This document shows, piece after piece, positions 47,501-58,300 of a stretch of 64,000 nucleotides of DNA. Location: the NCBI GenBank assembly GCA_028534125.1, contig CM052832.1, positions 13,022,001 to 13,086,000 on the forward strand, in the 5' to 3' direction. Origin of the DNA: Lama glama. Lineage: Eukaryota. The position numbers were made by a program, and so were the translations under genes. Positions within the stretch are counted from its first letter, which is position 1. Every line of letters begins with the position of its first letter. The notes below the pieces were generated by a model. The model ran no database searches. It was not told the origin of the DNA and saw nothing but the letters and a program-made list of their open reading frames with translations.

Positions 47501-48559
47501 GTTTTTCCCACTCTTCTGCTATATCTATCAGATGAAAAGGTTTTGTGTGCTCTTCATTACATGGAACATTAAGGGGTTGCCATGGAATCCAGTGCTGTGA
47601 GTGAGAAGGATAAAGAGAATGTAGACTTGGTTTGAGGCACTTGACTTAAATTTTACTTTTAGAAAGGATTGGAGTTAGTTAGATCTGAATTTACTTTAAA
47701 ATTACACATCAGACAAGGTCTTTCCTTCAACTCTTAAAAAGACACTTAGAACAAGTACAAGGGAGCTCATGGTGGTAAAGCCCAAGAACTTCTTACACCG
47801 CGAATAACCGGGGCTGAAAACACAGCTGGTGTGTTGGAGGTCGTCTGGGTTCCCAGGAGAGCCTGAGGGTGGAGCTGGGCCATGTGGTCAGCTTGACAAG
47901 GGTGCTAGTATTGGGGTTTTTGTGTTCTATGTCCAAGCACCCTCCTGGCTGGAGCTCTTGCGCCCAGAGGTCAAGGATCCAGGTGTCTGGCCCAGGGCAA
48001 ATCTTTGCCTTTTCCTGGCCTTGGTTGGCCTCAAAGCAAAATGGGACAGTGGCTTGGGAAGGAGGAGCCAGCCCACTAACTTGCCTCAAGGATGAGAAAG
48101 GACAGGAAGTGGGGAGGCAAGAGACAGACACAGGTCTTCCTGGCAACTCCGGTTGGCTCTGCATGCATCACATCCCGTGGTACTGGAGGAGCCCCGGATC
48201 ACTTGGGCTCTGAAGCCAGAAGGGCAGTGTGTTTCCTCTGGGGGTTTCCTACTTAGTAGCCCCATCACCACTGGACATCTTGTGGCATGAAGTGGACCGC
48301 TCCCTTGTGCTTCAGCACAGGGCAGATTCTGACCTTGCCCTCCAGGAATGCAAGCTGAGGCCCTCCACCTCCAACCCTGGGGTCTCTGAGCGGCTGGACC
48401 CTCTGTGTCTTATACTGGCCTTGCTCTGGGGCAGGATGAGAAGCACGGCTTTGCCTTTCACTGACCTGACTGGTCCTTCCAATCCAGGGTCAGCTCTTCC
48501 GTGGCTCCAGCCTGCTTTTCCGCCGAGTGTCATCAGGATCGTGCTTTGCCCTGGAGTAA
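32124..48559 (+). CDS. MTCH1: Mitochondrial carrier homolog 1 (PSAP/SLC25A49), spliced, complete: 1170 nt = 389 aa + stop (372 aa with the short exon 8)
   Basis: Exons 32124-32444, 36197-36281, 39367-39473, 40033-40110, 40457-40514, 40816-40867, 42368-42427, 44618-44762, 46833-46880, 47061-47128, 47404-47479, 48488-48559 join in frame. Protein runs [11 protein letters not shown]...[16 protein letters not shown]...[10 protein letters not shown]...GSCFALE*. Confidence 0.97.
36197..36281 (+). CDS. MTCH1: MTCH1 exon 2
   Basis: [28 protein letters not shown]; 85 nt. Confidence 0.95.
37389..37564 (+). mobile_element. Young 5'-truncated L1 3' end with 17-bp target-site duplication
   Basis: TSD aaaattgtcagtattga at 37372-37388 and 37565-37581; ctgtatagcacagggaaatata...acaacattgtaaaatgattata followed by an A tail. 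Confidence 0.85.
39367..39473 (+). CDS. MTCH1: MTCH1 exon 3
   Basis: (A)[35 protein letters not shown]; 107 nt. Confidence 0.95.
39864..39992 (-). mobile_element. tRNA-Ala-derived SINE (camelid type)
   Basis: Minus strand GGGGAGGGTACAGCTCAGTGGTAGAGTGCATGCCTAGCATGCATGAGGTCCTGGGTTCATGCCCTAGTACCTCCA + A-rich tail; near-TSD ct(a/g)tactttgc at 39853-39863 and 39992-40002. Confidence 0.85.
40033..40110 (+). CDS. MTCH1: MTCH1 exon 4
   Basis: [26 protein letters not shown]; 78 nt. Confidence 0.95.
40457..40514 (+). CDS. MTCH1: MTCH1 exon 5
   Basis: [19 protein letters not shown]; 58 nt. Confidence 0.95.
40816..40867 (+). CDS. MTCH1: MTCH1 exon 6
   Basis: (V)[16 protein letters not shown]; 52 nt. 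Confidence 0.95.
42368..42427 (+). CDS. MTCH1: MTCH1 exon 7
   Basis: (S)[19 protein letters not shown]; 60 nt; donor GT|gtacgt. Confidence 0.92.
43330..43502. mobile_element. MER20-like DNA transposon
   Basis: ggtgattttgccc...aatgtctggagac...ctagtgggtagaggccggggatgctg..aaacatcctgcaatgca. Confidence 0.75.
43505..43600. repeat. Degenerate (TA/TG)n low-complexity tract
   Basis: Read directly from the sequence. Confidence 0.8.
44618..44762 (+). CDS. MTCH1: MTCH1 exon 8 (long form; short form ends at 44711)
   Basis: [31 protein letters not shown][[17 protein letters not shown]]; two in-frame donors 51 nt apart. Confidence 0.93.
46833..46880 (+). CDS. MTCH1: MTCH1 exon 9
   Basis: [16 protein letters not shown]; 48 nt; gtaagt donor. 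Confidence 0.95.
47061..47128 (+). CDS. MTCH1: MTCH1 exon 10
   Basis: [22 protein letters not shown]; 68 nt. Confidence 0.95.
47404..47479 (+). CDS. MTCH1: MTCH1 exon 11
   Basis: (G)[25 protein letters not shown]; 76 nt. Confidence 0.95.
48488..48559 (+). CDS. MTCH1: MTCH1 exon 12 coding part
   Basis: [26 protein letters not shown] at 48557-48559. Confidence 0.95.
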   Translation, partial: GQLFRGSSLLFRRVSSGSCFALE

Positions 48560-49297
48560 CCTGAATCACCATCAAAAACACGCTGTCTCAGCCTGGCCAC
48601 TGTGGATGAGGCCTGATCATCTCGGGACACCTGTAAGACGACCAACCTGGCAGCACCTAGATGTGCTCCAGCACAGCTGGGCTTCGGTTTCCATATTTGC
48701 CATGTGTCTGTCCAGAAGCAGGGGTTGGGTGGGGGTGAGGCTGCGCCCAGTGGATTGGTTACCTGCTAGACCTGGGGGAGGTGGAATGGGGCTGGGAACT
48801 TGGGGCAGAATCCCCTTACCTTGCAGATTTGCTGAGTCTGCCTCATGCAGGGGGCCAGAGAATGTCTTGTGGAGGCCCAGGCTGAACGGGCAAAGGCTCC
48901 TAGGGTCAGGTCCCATCCCCACATTCACACCACTCGAGTCAGCCCCAGCTGTCAAACTGCAGCTCAGCTGGGAGCATCGCTCTCCTGCTTTGTAAATAGG
49001 ACGTGACCCCCTTTCATGCGGCCACCATCATGTCTAGGCCTGTGCTAGGAAGCTCTCGCTAGGTCCTGCCTTCATTTTTCTCAACACTACTTTTCTGATA
49101 AGAAGGCTGTACCTTCTGAATGGGAAATCATGTGACAGCTCAGAATGTGTGCCCTAGTCAAATGCTCATTGGTTTAATGGTGACGCCTCATGTGCAGGAT
49201 CTGGTTACCTGTGCAGTTGTGAACACCCAGATGTTAGATCAGTGTCTAGTCTTATCCAGTTTAAAGTTCCTAATAAGATTTGACCCTTTTTTCCTCA

Positions 49298-49303
49298 AAT
49301 AAA
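49298..49303 (+). terminator. MTCH1 polyadenylation signal
   Basis: AATAAA ~740 nt after the stop, followed by GU/U-rich sequence. Confidence 0.75.
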
Positions 49304-51622
49304 TGTGTTGGCGGTGATTTGGAGTTCTGTGGGGAGTCTCTTATTTTTATGAGCTTAACACTCTGCAGGGGCTTTCTCAGTCTTTTGTGGTTGTGTGAAA
49401 AGGGGCTGTAAAGCAACAGGGCTGGGGGCAGCTGTGAGAAGTGTCCAGACTTGGTGTTGATCAGCCTGGAGGCGGGGCGGGGTAGGGGGGCAAGGGTCGT
49501 TGGGTGGTTTTCTGAATTAGACAAGGCCAAGATGCCAGTTTACAGAGCACCAGCTAGTGCACAGGCCTGTTCCTAGGAAGACAGGCCCTTTAAAGCTTCC
49601 CAGCTTCAGAAAATGTTCCACCCAAACCCCCAGCTGTCATCTCAGAACTGTTTGCAGATGACATTGTCGGGTTTTGCTGGCTCAGTTGGTGTAGTGGTCA
49701 TGTGGTTACAGCAGAAGGGGTAGATGTGGTGCAGCTAAGGCGCCAAGCTTAGCCTTCTCTGGAAAAGGCAAAGCTCCTTTTATTCGCTTCTGCCCAGCGC
49801 TGGGGTCTGTAAACACAAAACTTACAAATGGGATATGCTGGCCCCTGGGGACTGTGGGCTTCCAAGCTGATGGGGTTTTAATACCCCCCAGTTCAAGGCT
49901 GGCTGGGTTCCCTGGGCGGGTCTCTGCCCTTATTCTCGGGGAGTTGGCTTCAGAGAGCTGGGGTTTGGGACTTCGGTCATACTTCCTCACAGGTGTGGGG
50001 GCTGGGCCGTGCCCACGGAAGGCTCCGTGATGCTTTTGCAGAACTGGTTTTCCCCAGAGGCCTAATCACAGTTGACTTGAGGGCAGTTTATCTCACGTAT
50101 CCTTGTTCCCTGGGAATGCAGCAGTGTTCCTGTGCAGGTGTCCTGTGAATGTATGTTGGTGGGGGTCACTAAAGTCTTGCACTTACTTCAGGTGGCTGAG
50201 GTGGCAGGGAGGGAGAGCACACAGCAAGGGGAGCGGGCCTGGCCTTGCTGGCACCAATGCTGTAGAGGAGGAAGGCCCTTCAGAGGCCTAACTGCCACAT
50301 GGCATATGACCTTTTTCCAGCCCAGCATGATTTCCCACACAACCCACTGACCACTGTCCTGTGGTAACATTTCTTCCCACTTCTCCACCCTCAAGTCCTA
50401 TTATTGTATTGATTACTTTCTGTGATCCCCCAGATTCAAGAGTCTGAGCTGAAGTGGTCCTAAAGAGCCCCTCCCTCTTACAGCCACCTCCTCCCAGGTG
50501 TTTGGAAAGGCCACCTGAGTAAAGAGCCAGCCTGGGTGGGCCTGGCGAGTCACTTTGAGGAAAGCCAGTGCTGTTCTCAAGTAATACCCTGGGAGTTCTG
50601 AATTTCAGGGTCTTGACTACATTTCCTAGGTTATGCCTACCCAGAAATGGCAAGAAAATCACCTTTGATACTCTGTCTCGGTTTTTAGTTGAGCAAAGTA
50701 CAGGTTTTACCCCTAACGATTTTCAGTTCAGTATTGAAGTGAATGTATTGTGTATGTTAAGTGCTCCCTTTGTTTCCTGGACCTTTCAGTCTTTGAGAGC
50801 TGAAGCCTCCTTTGCCTCCCCTGCCCCCACCCTCTCCCCCTGGCACTTAGCAGGTTTCCTTTCAGTCCTGGAAACTAGAGTGACAAGGTCCTTATCTGAC
50901 AAAGGAGATTGGGTTTAATTGGGGCAGGAGGGAGCTGAGCTGTCAGCAAAAGGAAGGGTGGTGGGAGTGGGAATGTCCTTGTGGGGAGCCAGTCACTTTC
51001 CTCCCCTCCTGGAAAACCTAATTCTGATGGACAAAGCTGGAAAATCTCTGACAGGCCTTTTGGGAACTCCTGTGGTAAAGTCTGAGGTGGCAGCAGTGGC
51101 CTGTGCTAGGACAGCCCTTGTTACTGTGCCAGTGCCCCAGTGCCTGGGAGTCGTGCAGCCTAGTGCTGAAGCAGACCCATCCCACTCTGGTCCCCGAGGC
51201 CTCTGAGTACCAGCCCCCTGCCCTTCTTTTGAACATGCCCTCCATTCTCATGGGCTTCTGACACACCCCTTCCCGGCCCAGTTGTTACAGCCCCTGCCTG
51301 ACTAATATGGGACACCATGTCTTGGCTTCTGTTACTTCCCAAAAAAGTTTCCAAAGAAGTCACTGCTGCTGATCTTAGGTTTTCTCATACGACAGGTTTC
51401 TTGAAGGCTGGACATAGGTGCTCTTGCTTTGCAGAAGGCCAGCAGATCCCACCCCAGAACTGAGAAGGATGGGTTTGGACCTCTACAGTCTGGTTCTGCC
51501 CGGAGGCTACCTTACCTGACCACCTCACAGGACTTGGGACTAACTTGAGAAAACAGGCTCACAAGGGGAGGGACATCCCCCCCCACCCCACCCCCTCAGG
51601 AAGGCAAGTTGGGTCAGCCTCT

Positions 51623-53630
51623 GAAAATCAGTTAATGTAATATATTCTATCCATAAAAGGAACAAAACCATATGATCATCTCAACAGACAGAAAAAGTAT
51701 TTAACAAAATTCAATATCCCTTCATGATGAAAACATTCGGAAATCTAAAAAGAGAAGAGAGCTTTCTCAACCTGAAAAAATGGCATCTATTAAACCACAT
51801 GGTAAAAAACCTAATGTTTCCCCCTAAGATCAGGAATAAGACAAGGATGTCTGCTCTTGCCATTTCTCAGCATTGTACTGGATGGTCTAGCCAGGGCAAT
51901 AAGGCAAGAAAATGAAATAAAAGTTATCTGTGTTAGAAAGGCAGAAGTAAAACTGCAGATGATCTTATGTATAGAAAATCCTAAAGAATCCACTAAAAAT
52001 ACTGTTACAGCTAACAAATGAATTCAGCAAGGTTGCGGGATATAAGATTGATACACAAAATCAATTGTATTTCTATACACTTGCAATCAAAGTGAAAATG
52101 AAATTAATAAAACAATTTCATTTACAATAACATAAAAATAAAGTATTTATGAACAAATTTAACAAAAGAATTACAAAATTTATATTTTGAAAACTTGCAC
52201 AGTGTTGAAAGAAGACCTAAATAAGTGGAAAGACTTGGATCGGGAAACTTAATATTTTTTAAATGGCAGATTACACGATCTCCATCAAAATCTCAGCTGA
52301 CTTCTTTGCAGAAATTTAACAAGCTCATCCTAAAATTCATACAGAAATTCAAGGTACCTAGAATAGCCTAAACAATCTGGAAAAAGAACTAAGTTGGAGG
52401 ACATGCAGTTGGCAATTTCAAAACTTAACCTATATAGTAAGCTATAGTAATCGAGACAGTATGGTACTGGCATAAAGATAGATACATAAATCAATGGAAT
52501 GTGATGGAGAGTGCAGAAATAAACATTTACATTTTAATTCACACAATTAACTATAAAACTCAAAACAGGCATAAATCTTTGTGACCTTGGATTTGGCAAT
52601 GTTTCTTAGATATAACATCAAAAGCACAAGCAAGCAACAAAAGAAAAAAAGATAAACCGGACATCATCAAAATTTAAAACTTGTGTGTTCAAAGGATATC
52701 GTCAAGAAAAACTGAAAAGACAACTCACAGAATGAGAGAAAATGTTTGCAAATCATGTATCTGGTTAAGGGACTTGTATCGAAAATATATAAAGAACATT
52801 ATTTTGTTTATACAACATTGTAGGAACAACTCAGTAATAAAAAGACAAATACCCCAGCTACGACGGGCAAAAGACATGAATAGACATTTCTCCAAAGAAG
52901 ATACACAGATGGCCAATAAGCACATGGAAAGATGCTCAATGTCAGTAACCATCAGGGAAATGAAGATCAAAACTGCGATGAGATAATACTTCACACTCAC
53001 TAAGATGACTGTAATCAAAAAAGACATAATAACAAGCATGGTAACATGGAGAAATTGAAACCTTTATATATTGCTGGTACAAATGAAAAATGGTGCAGCC
53101 ACTTTGGAAAGTAGTCTGGCAGTTCCTGAAAAAGTTAAACACAGAGTTACTATATGATCCAGAGTTACCATATGATACCACTCCTACCCAAGAGAAATGA
53201 AAACATGTCCACACAAAAACTTCTACATGAATGTCTATATTTATAGTAACATTATTTATAATAGCCCAAATGTGGGAACAACCCAAATGCCCATCAATTG
53301 ATGAATAGATAAGCCAAACATATTCTATACAATGGAATACCACTTGGTAATAAAAAGGAATAAAGTACTATTTCATGCTACAACATGGATGAACTTTGAA
53401 GATATGCTTAGTGAAAGAAGCCAGACACAGAAGGCCACATACTGTATGATCCCATTTACACAAAATGTCAGAGAAGGCAAATCCATAGAAACAGCAGTGG
53501 TTTAGGGTAATAAAAATGTTCTAAAATTGACTGGTGATGGCTGCACAACCCTGGGAATATACTAGAAATCATTGAGTAGTACACTTTAAATGGGTGAATT
53601 TTATGGTATATGAGTTATACCTTAATAGAC
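51623..53630 (+). mobile_element. Degenerate L1 (L1MB-like), ORF2 3' half + 3'UTR
   Basis: ORF2 remnants ([34 protein letters not shown]) broken by stops and frameshifts; L1MB-type 3' end ...tacactttaaatgggtgaattttatggtatatgagttat. Confidence 0.9.
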
Positions 53631-54299
53631 ATACATTATATCATATATATAGTTACATACCTACATAGCAGGCAGCCCTGGCCTGATCTGGATGCTTCCT
53701 GTTTAACTGCTCACAAGTCAGCTTTGGCCTGGGGACTGGCACTCTGCCCTGCCCCACCAGCCCCAGCTGGGTCCCATGCTGCCCTCGGCACCTACATTGC
53801 TAGCCCTGCACACACATTTACACTTTCCTGCCCCACAACATCCGGGACAATCCTGTGCTTCCCCTGGGGGTGTGTCTGGCACTCCAGAGCCCTTTCTCAG
53901 GACTCCTCCAAGCACCAAGGGTTGGCAAAGCCATGCCTGAGGTACATTTCTGATTTTGTGTCCCAGGTGGGCCTGGGCAGTAACACCCCTGTGAAGAGGT
54001 TGTATGCCACTCCTTGACCCTGGGTCTCAACACAGCTAGGCTCCACTGACCCTCAGAGCTGGGAGTGTCAGCCCAGTGCCCTTGGCCTCCCCTTGGCCCT
54101 TTCCTCTTCCTGTCAGCTGCCTGAAGATTTGGGTGGCAGGGAGTTAGGAAGTAAAGGAAAAGTGCCCCAATGCCTAAATGGAGTGTTTAGGGGTGTGAAG
54201 GGGAAGGAACAGTCCCCTCGGGTCAGTAGGGGAAGAGGTGAGCCTCTCAGGGCCTCCCAAAGAGCCCTCCTTTGCCTCAGCCCCTCACTGGCATGGATA

Positions 54300-54782
54300 C
54301 TTGTACTTTTACACAGGCTTTTATTCAGGAGTCAGGGGCTGCCTCCCTTCCCTGGTGCCTGCCTGCCCCACCCATAGAGCCCCATTCGGATGGGGCTTGT
54401 CTTTCATCTACCCGCTGCAGTGCCCCCTGCCAGCTACATAGGCAAGTAGGGGGAGGCGACACTCAGGGAGATCCCCTTACCTTGCCTAGGCAGACAACCC
54501 AGGCCTGGCAGGCAGGGACCTCCCCAGAATCCTTACCCACCCCACCCTCCACCTCCCAGACTTGAGATGTGAGGGGCAGGAGGGGTCTGGGACACGTGTG
54601 CTGTCAGCAGGCAGCAACCTGAGCTCGCAGTGGCCAGGCCTTGTACTCCCAAAGATGTCTGTGAATGAAGCACATGCCCTGCAGCCTGTACCTTCCACAG
54701 GGACTTCAGCCAAGAAGTGTCTTGTTTGGGGAACTGGGGACAGGATGGGGGAGATGGCAGGAGGTCAGCTGACCTCTTCAAC
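54300..54782 (-). other. PI16: PI16 probable terminal non-coding (3'UTR) exon
   Basis: Pyrimidine tract + cag acceptor at 54783-54798; AATAAA (minus strand) at 54320-54325; 3' end approximate. Confidence 0.65.
54320..54325 (-). terminator. PI16 polyadenylation signal
   Basis: tttatt on the plus strand = AATAAA on the minus strand. Confidence 0.7.
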
Positions 54783-55226
54783 CTGGGAGGGCAGGAAGCA
54801 CTGCTGGGAACAACCCCAGACTTCAATGGTACGAGGAAGAGGCCAGGGGACTGGGAGGGGCTGAGGGGTTCCTGGGAGGCCCTGAGATCTTCTGTCCCTG
54901 GAAGAGCAGGACTATGGCCACAGGACAACCGGAAAGTGGACACATGAGGTCACAGGAACACTGCTCAGAACAATCTGTGCCCAGCTGACGTGTGGATCTC
55001 TCTAGAGGCAGAGGCACTACTGGGGCAGCACCATGGGTTGGCCCTATAGAGGCCTCCTGAAGGCACAGGGTCTCTGGCCTGGACTTTGGCCAGAAGTTGA
55101 AGAGGGGCTGCTGGGCCACAGAGAGGACTTGTCCATGAAATTGTGGTCTCACTGGAAAAAGACAACCCAGAGTGGACATGAGGCCAGGGTCCCCCCACGA
55201 GGCCTTGCCTTTGAGTGGTGATCGCT

Positions 55227-55348
55227 TCAGAAGATTCCAGCCAACACTAGGTGAGGCAGTAGCAGCAGTCCCAGGATGAGGCCCCAGACGTACCCAGGGC
55301 TCGAATTCAACCCTGACTGGATGCCAGGTTTTTCAGGGCCCTCTGCAC
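55227..55348 (-). CDS. PI16: PI16 exon 6 coding part (hydrophobic GPI-type tail)
   Basis: [40 protein letters not shown]. Confidence 0.93.
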
Positions 55349-58300
55349 CTGCAGGAAGGGAAAGGCTTTGCCTCAGCCTGGAGATAGCTCTGCCTGACCT
55401 CCCACCCACCCTACCAGGCATGCATGTAGGGGCCCAGCAGCCAGGGAGGAAGCTCCTACTTGGAGGGTGCATGCCCTGCCATGCACATACCATCTATGCT
55501 AGAGGCAGAGTGCTGACATTCTGGAGCCAGGAGGGAAGGTGGGGTGGACACTACAGGCCTTACCTGGCAAGGAGGACTGCAGGGCCAGGGTACGCCCGCC
55601 CATGGCATTAGCAGTGGCAGAGGCACTGGGGGAGTTGGACAGGGACTTGGAGGAGGTGTGCCCCTTGTGATCCAGTGTGGCCTTCGGATTACCTGGCTTG
55701 TTCTGGGCTGGAAAAACTGAGGCCAAAACCTCACTGGAATGAGGTAACTTGGCCTCAGTCTCCCCCTCCTGGGAGTGGGGTAGTGGCTCTCGTGTCCCTG
55801 TCAAGGATATCCTGGGGTGCAGAGAACTCTCTGGGCTCTTGGAGGGCATTCTTGTACTGTTGGCCTCTTTGTCTGTCGATTTGGGTTTGAGATCATGGGT
55901 TGATTTGGGAAAGGTAGTTGGCCTTTCATTCAAGAAGAGCAGGCTGTGAGTTGCCAAAAAGGAAGGGACCTCAGTTTTTAAGGCAGATGGAGCCTCTGTT
56001 CCCATGGAAGGGGAGTCTTCCGTTACTAAGGGAGACGGAGCCTTGGTTTCTACAGCAGGTAGAGCCTTTGTTGCCAAGGAGCCTGAGACCTTTGTTACCA
56101 AGAAGGATGGAGTTTCCGTTGCTAGGGAAGAAGCAATACCCTTTTTCCTAGAGTCTGAGGCTTCTGTTGCCAGGGAAGATGGGGCCTCAGTTACTAGGTG
56201 AGGCAAATCCTGAGCTTCTTCCGGGCCTCTGATGGGTTCTGATAAGAGAGACAAGGCCTGGCATTAGTACTGCAAGCAGGACCCCACATCCTTTACCCTA
56301 CTGCCAACAAGGTGAGGTGACCAAATGCCTTATGAAGACACAGAAACACATGCACACACCGTCTCCAGTGAATGTCCCTCATTGGTAGTAAATATTACTT
56401 CTTGTGATTGACAGTTGTCCCTCCATCCACTTCCTTGTCCAAGTCTTCCTCTCTCTGCACTTGACTTCCACTTTTTCAGGGGAGTTCTCCAGCTGGATTC
56501 TTGTTCCTAACATGCCCACCACCGCGCAGGCCCAGAGGGTTCGAGTCCCTCTGACCACGCTCACCAATAGGTTCTGCCCACCAGGGGTCCTTCTTATCTG
56601 GCTACTCCCACCTCACCCTGAGCTGGGGAGCCTCTGGACTCTCCCCCACCCTCCGCTTGGAGGATTGAAATCCGGTCACTTGGAAGGACAGGGCACCAAA
56701 GTGGCTGCGCACGGTAGGCAAAGTGGGCTGTGGGCTTGGGAACCCGGATAGGGTGGGGCTGCCGAGGGTTCCTTCCCTGTCCACGCAACACTCTCTGGAG
56801 CTGGGAGTCGTGGAAGGCTCTAGACCATCCAGTTGGCGTCCCCTCTTTCACCTTCCTTCCCACCATCTTCCCCTGACTCACCACACAGAGAGTTCTTGCA
56901 GCTGTAGCCAGAGGAGCATTGGGAGCACGGAGTCCCCTCCTGGTAGGGCCTCTGCCCCTTCACGTTCCCCCTGCGGGAGGCAAGGAGGATGCTGGGGAAA
57001 GGGGGGTCCCTGCCAACCCCTGTCCCTATCCCTCATACACACACCCTAGTCCAGAAGTGCTCCCTGGGTCTTACTTACCTTCAACTAACACGCTGGGCCA
57101 ATGAGAGCAGATTCCCATTGATGCCCTCATCACCCCCAAGGGTATAGGGTATGGGCCCCAGGTTAGCCCTCTTCCTCTTCTTTAGACTATGTCCAACTCA
57201 GCCCTCCCCTTGGCTTTGCTCAGCCCCTACCCCCAGGGCTCCCTCTGCACTCACGGGGGCTCATAGTTGCAAACCAGCAAGTGAATATTGGTTTCGTCAA
57301 CACCCTGGAGCTTCTCACAGAAATGGGAGCCACAGCCAATCCTCTCTGTCCTGGCCCAGACCACCTGAAGGAGGGCAAACCCAACAGTTTAGTCTGGGCA
57401 GGATGTCTCCTAGCTAGTGTCTCTCTACATCAACCTTCTGTGAGTGAGGAGAGGAGGAACCCTTAGCCTATAAGATCCAAGTCTCTGAGGACACACAACT
57501 TCAAGACAAAACTCTGAACAGAGTGTTTTGGGAGAAATTTGTCCAAATAGTCTACTCTCCACTACTGAACACATATACCATTTCACCAGGCCTCTCTCCT
57601 TCTGAAAACCTTCTCTTTTGAAAGACCCTCATGAATTCTTCCTGTAGACCTTTGCATTTTAAACAAGGATATATCCAAAGGAATGAATGTCAAATGGTAG
57701 AATCTGAAACATAAGCAACAAGCAAAGTCCAAGGAAGGGGACAGAGGAGCCATTTTGGAAGTAGAACTTCCTCCCAAATCACAAGTAAACAGGGACCTGC
57801 TCTGCCATTTCTAAGTGTGGGCCTCCTAGCTAGTAGAAGTTCTGTCTTAAGCGTATATTTAAAAAGTCAAAACAACCTTTGTGCACTCCTTTTGCTATTT
57901 CTACACCCAGTCTGTCCAGGAGTCACTCAAATTGAGGCCAGTTTTTGTTTTGTTTTGTTTTGTGTCTGTGAAATCTTACTCTGAATGGTAATTCTGCACA
58001 CCCTTACTCCCCCCAGGATTGAGGTCTTTCTGGCTTGAATCAGCTGAGGGTCCCCTAGGTACCACTGTTCATCATCTCCCAAGCAGAAATGACCTCAGAG
58101 GGCATATGCATTCAGCCCTAGAGAATACAAGGGTGGAAGTGGGGTGGCCCTAGTCCTACTGGGCACCTCCTGCAATCCCTGCAGGCAGTTGTGTTTCTGG
58201 GGAGTGTGAGAGGTGGTAGAGTACAGAGAGAGGGGTCAAGGAGGGCTGGGACCTCACAACTTCCTGATCTGTGTGGGTGGTTTTGGGATTTCCTTCTTTA

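Noticed and set aside
48557..48570. Stop-codon readthrough in MTCH1, as reported for the paralogue MTCH2
   Set aside because: The stop is TAA-CCT-GAA, not a UGA-CUAG readthrough context; no support in the sequence.
53142..53177. 18-bp tandem duplication (also a 12-bp one at 39568-39591)
   Set aside because: Two-copy slippage events with no array or spacer structure; not CRISPR-like.
51724..53343. ORFs with L1 ORF2-like peptides as a possible active or domesticated reverse transcriptase
   Set aside because: Short fragments broken by stops, frameshifts and deletions in an old L1.
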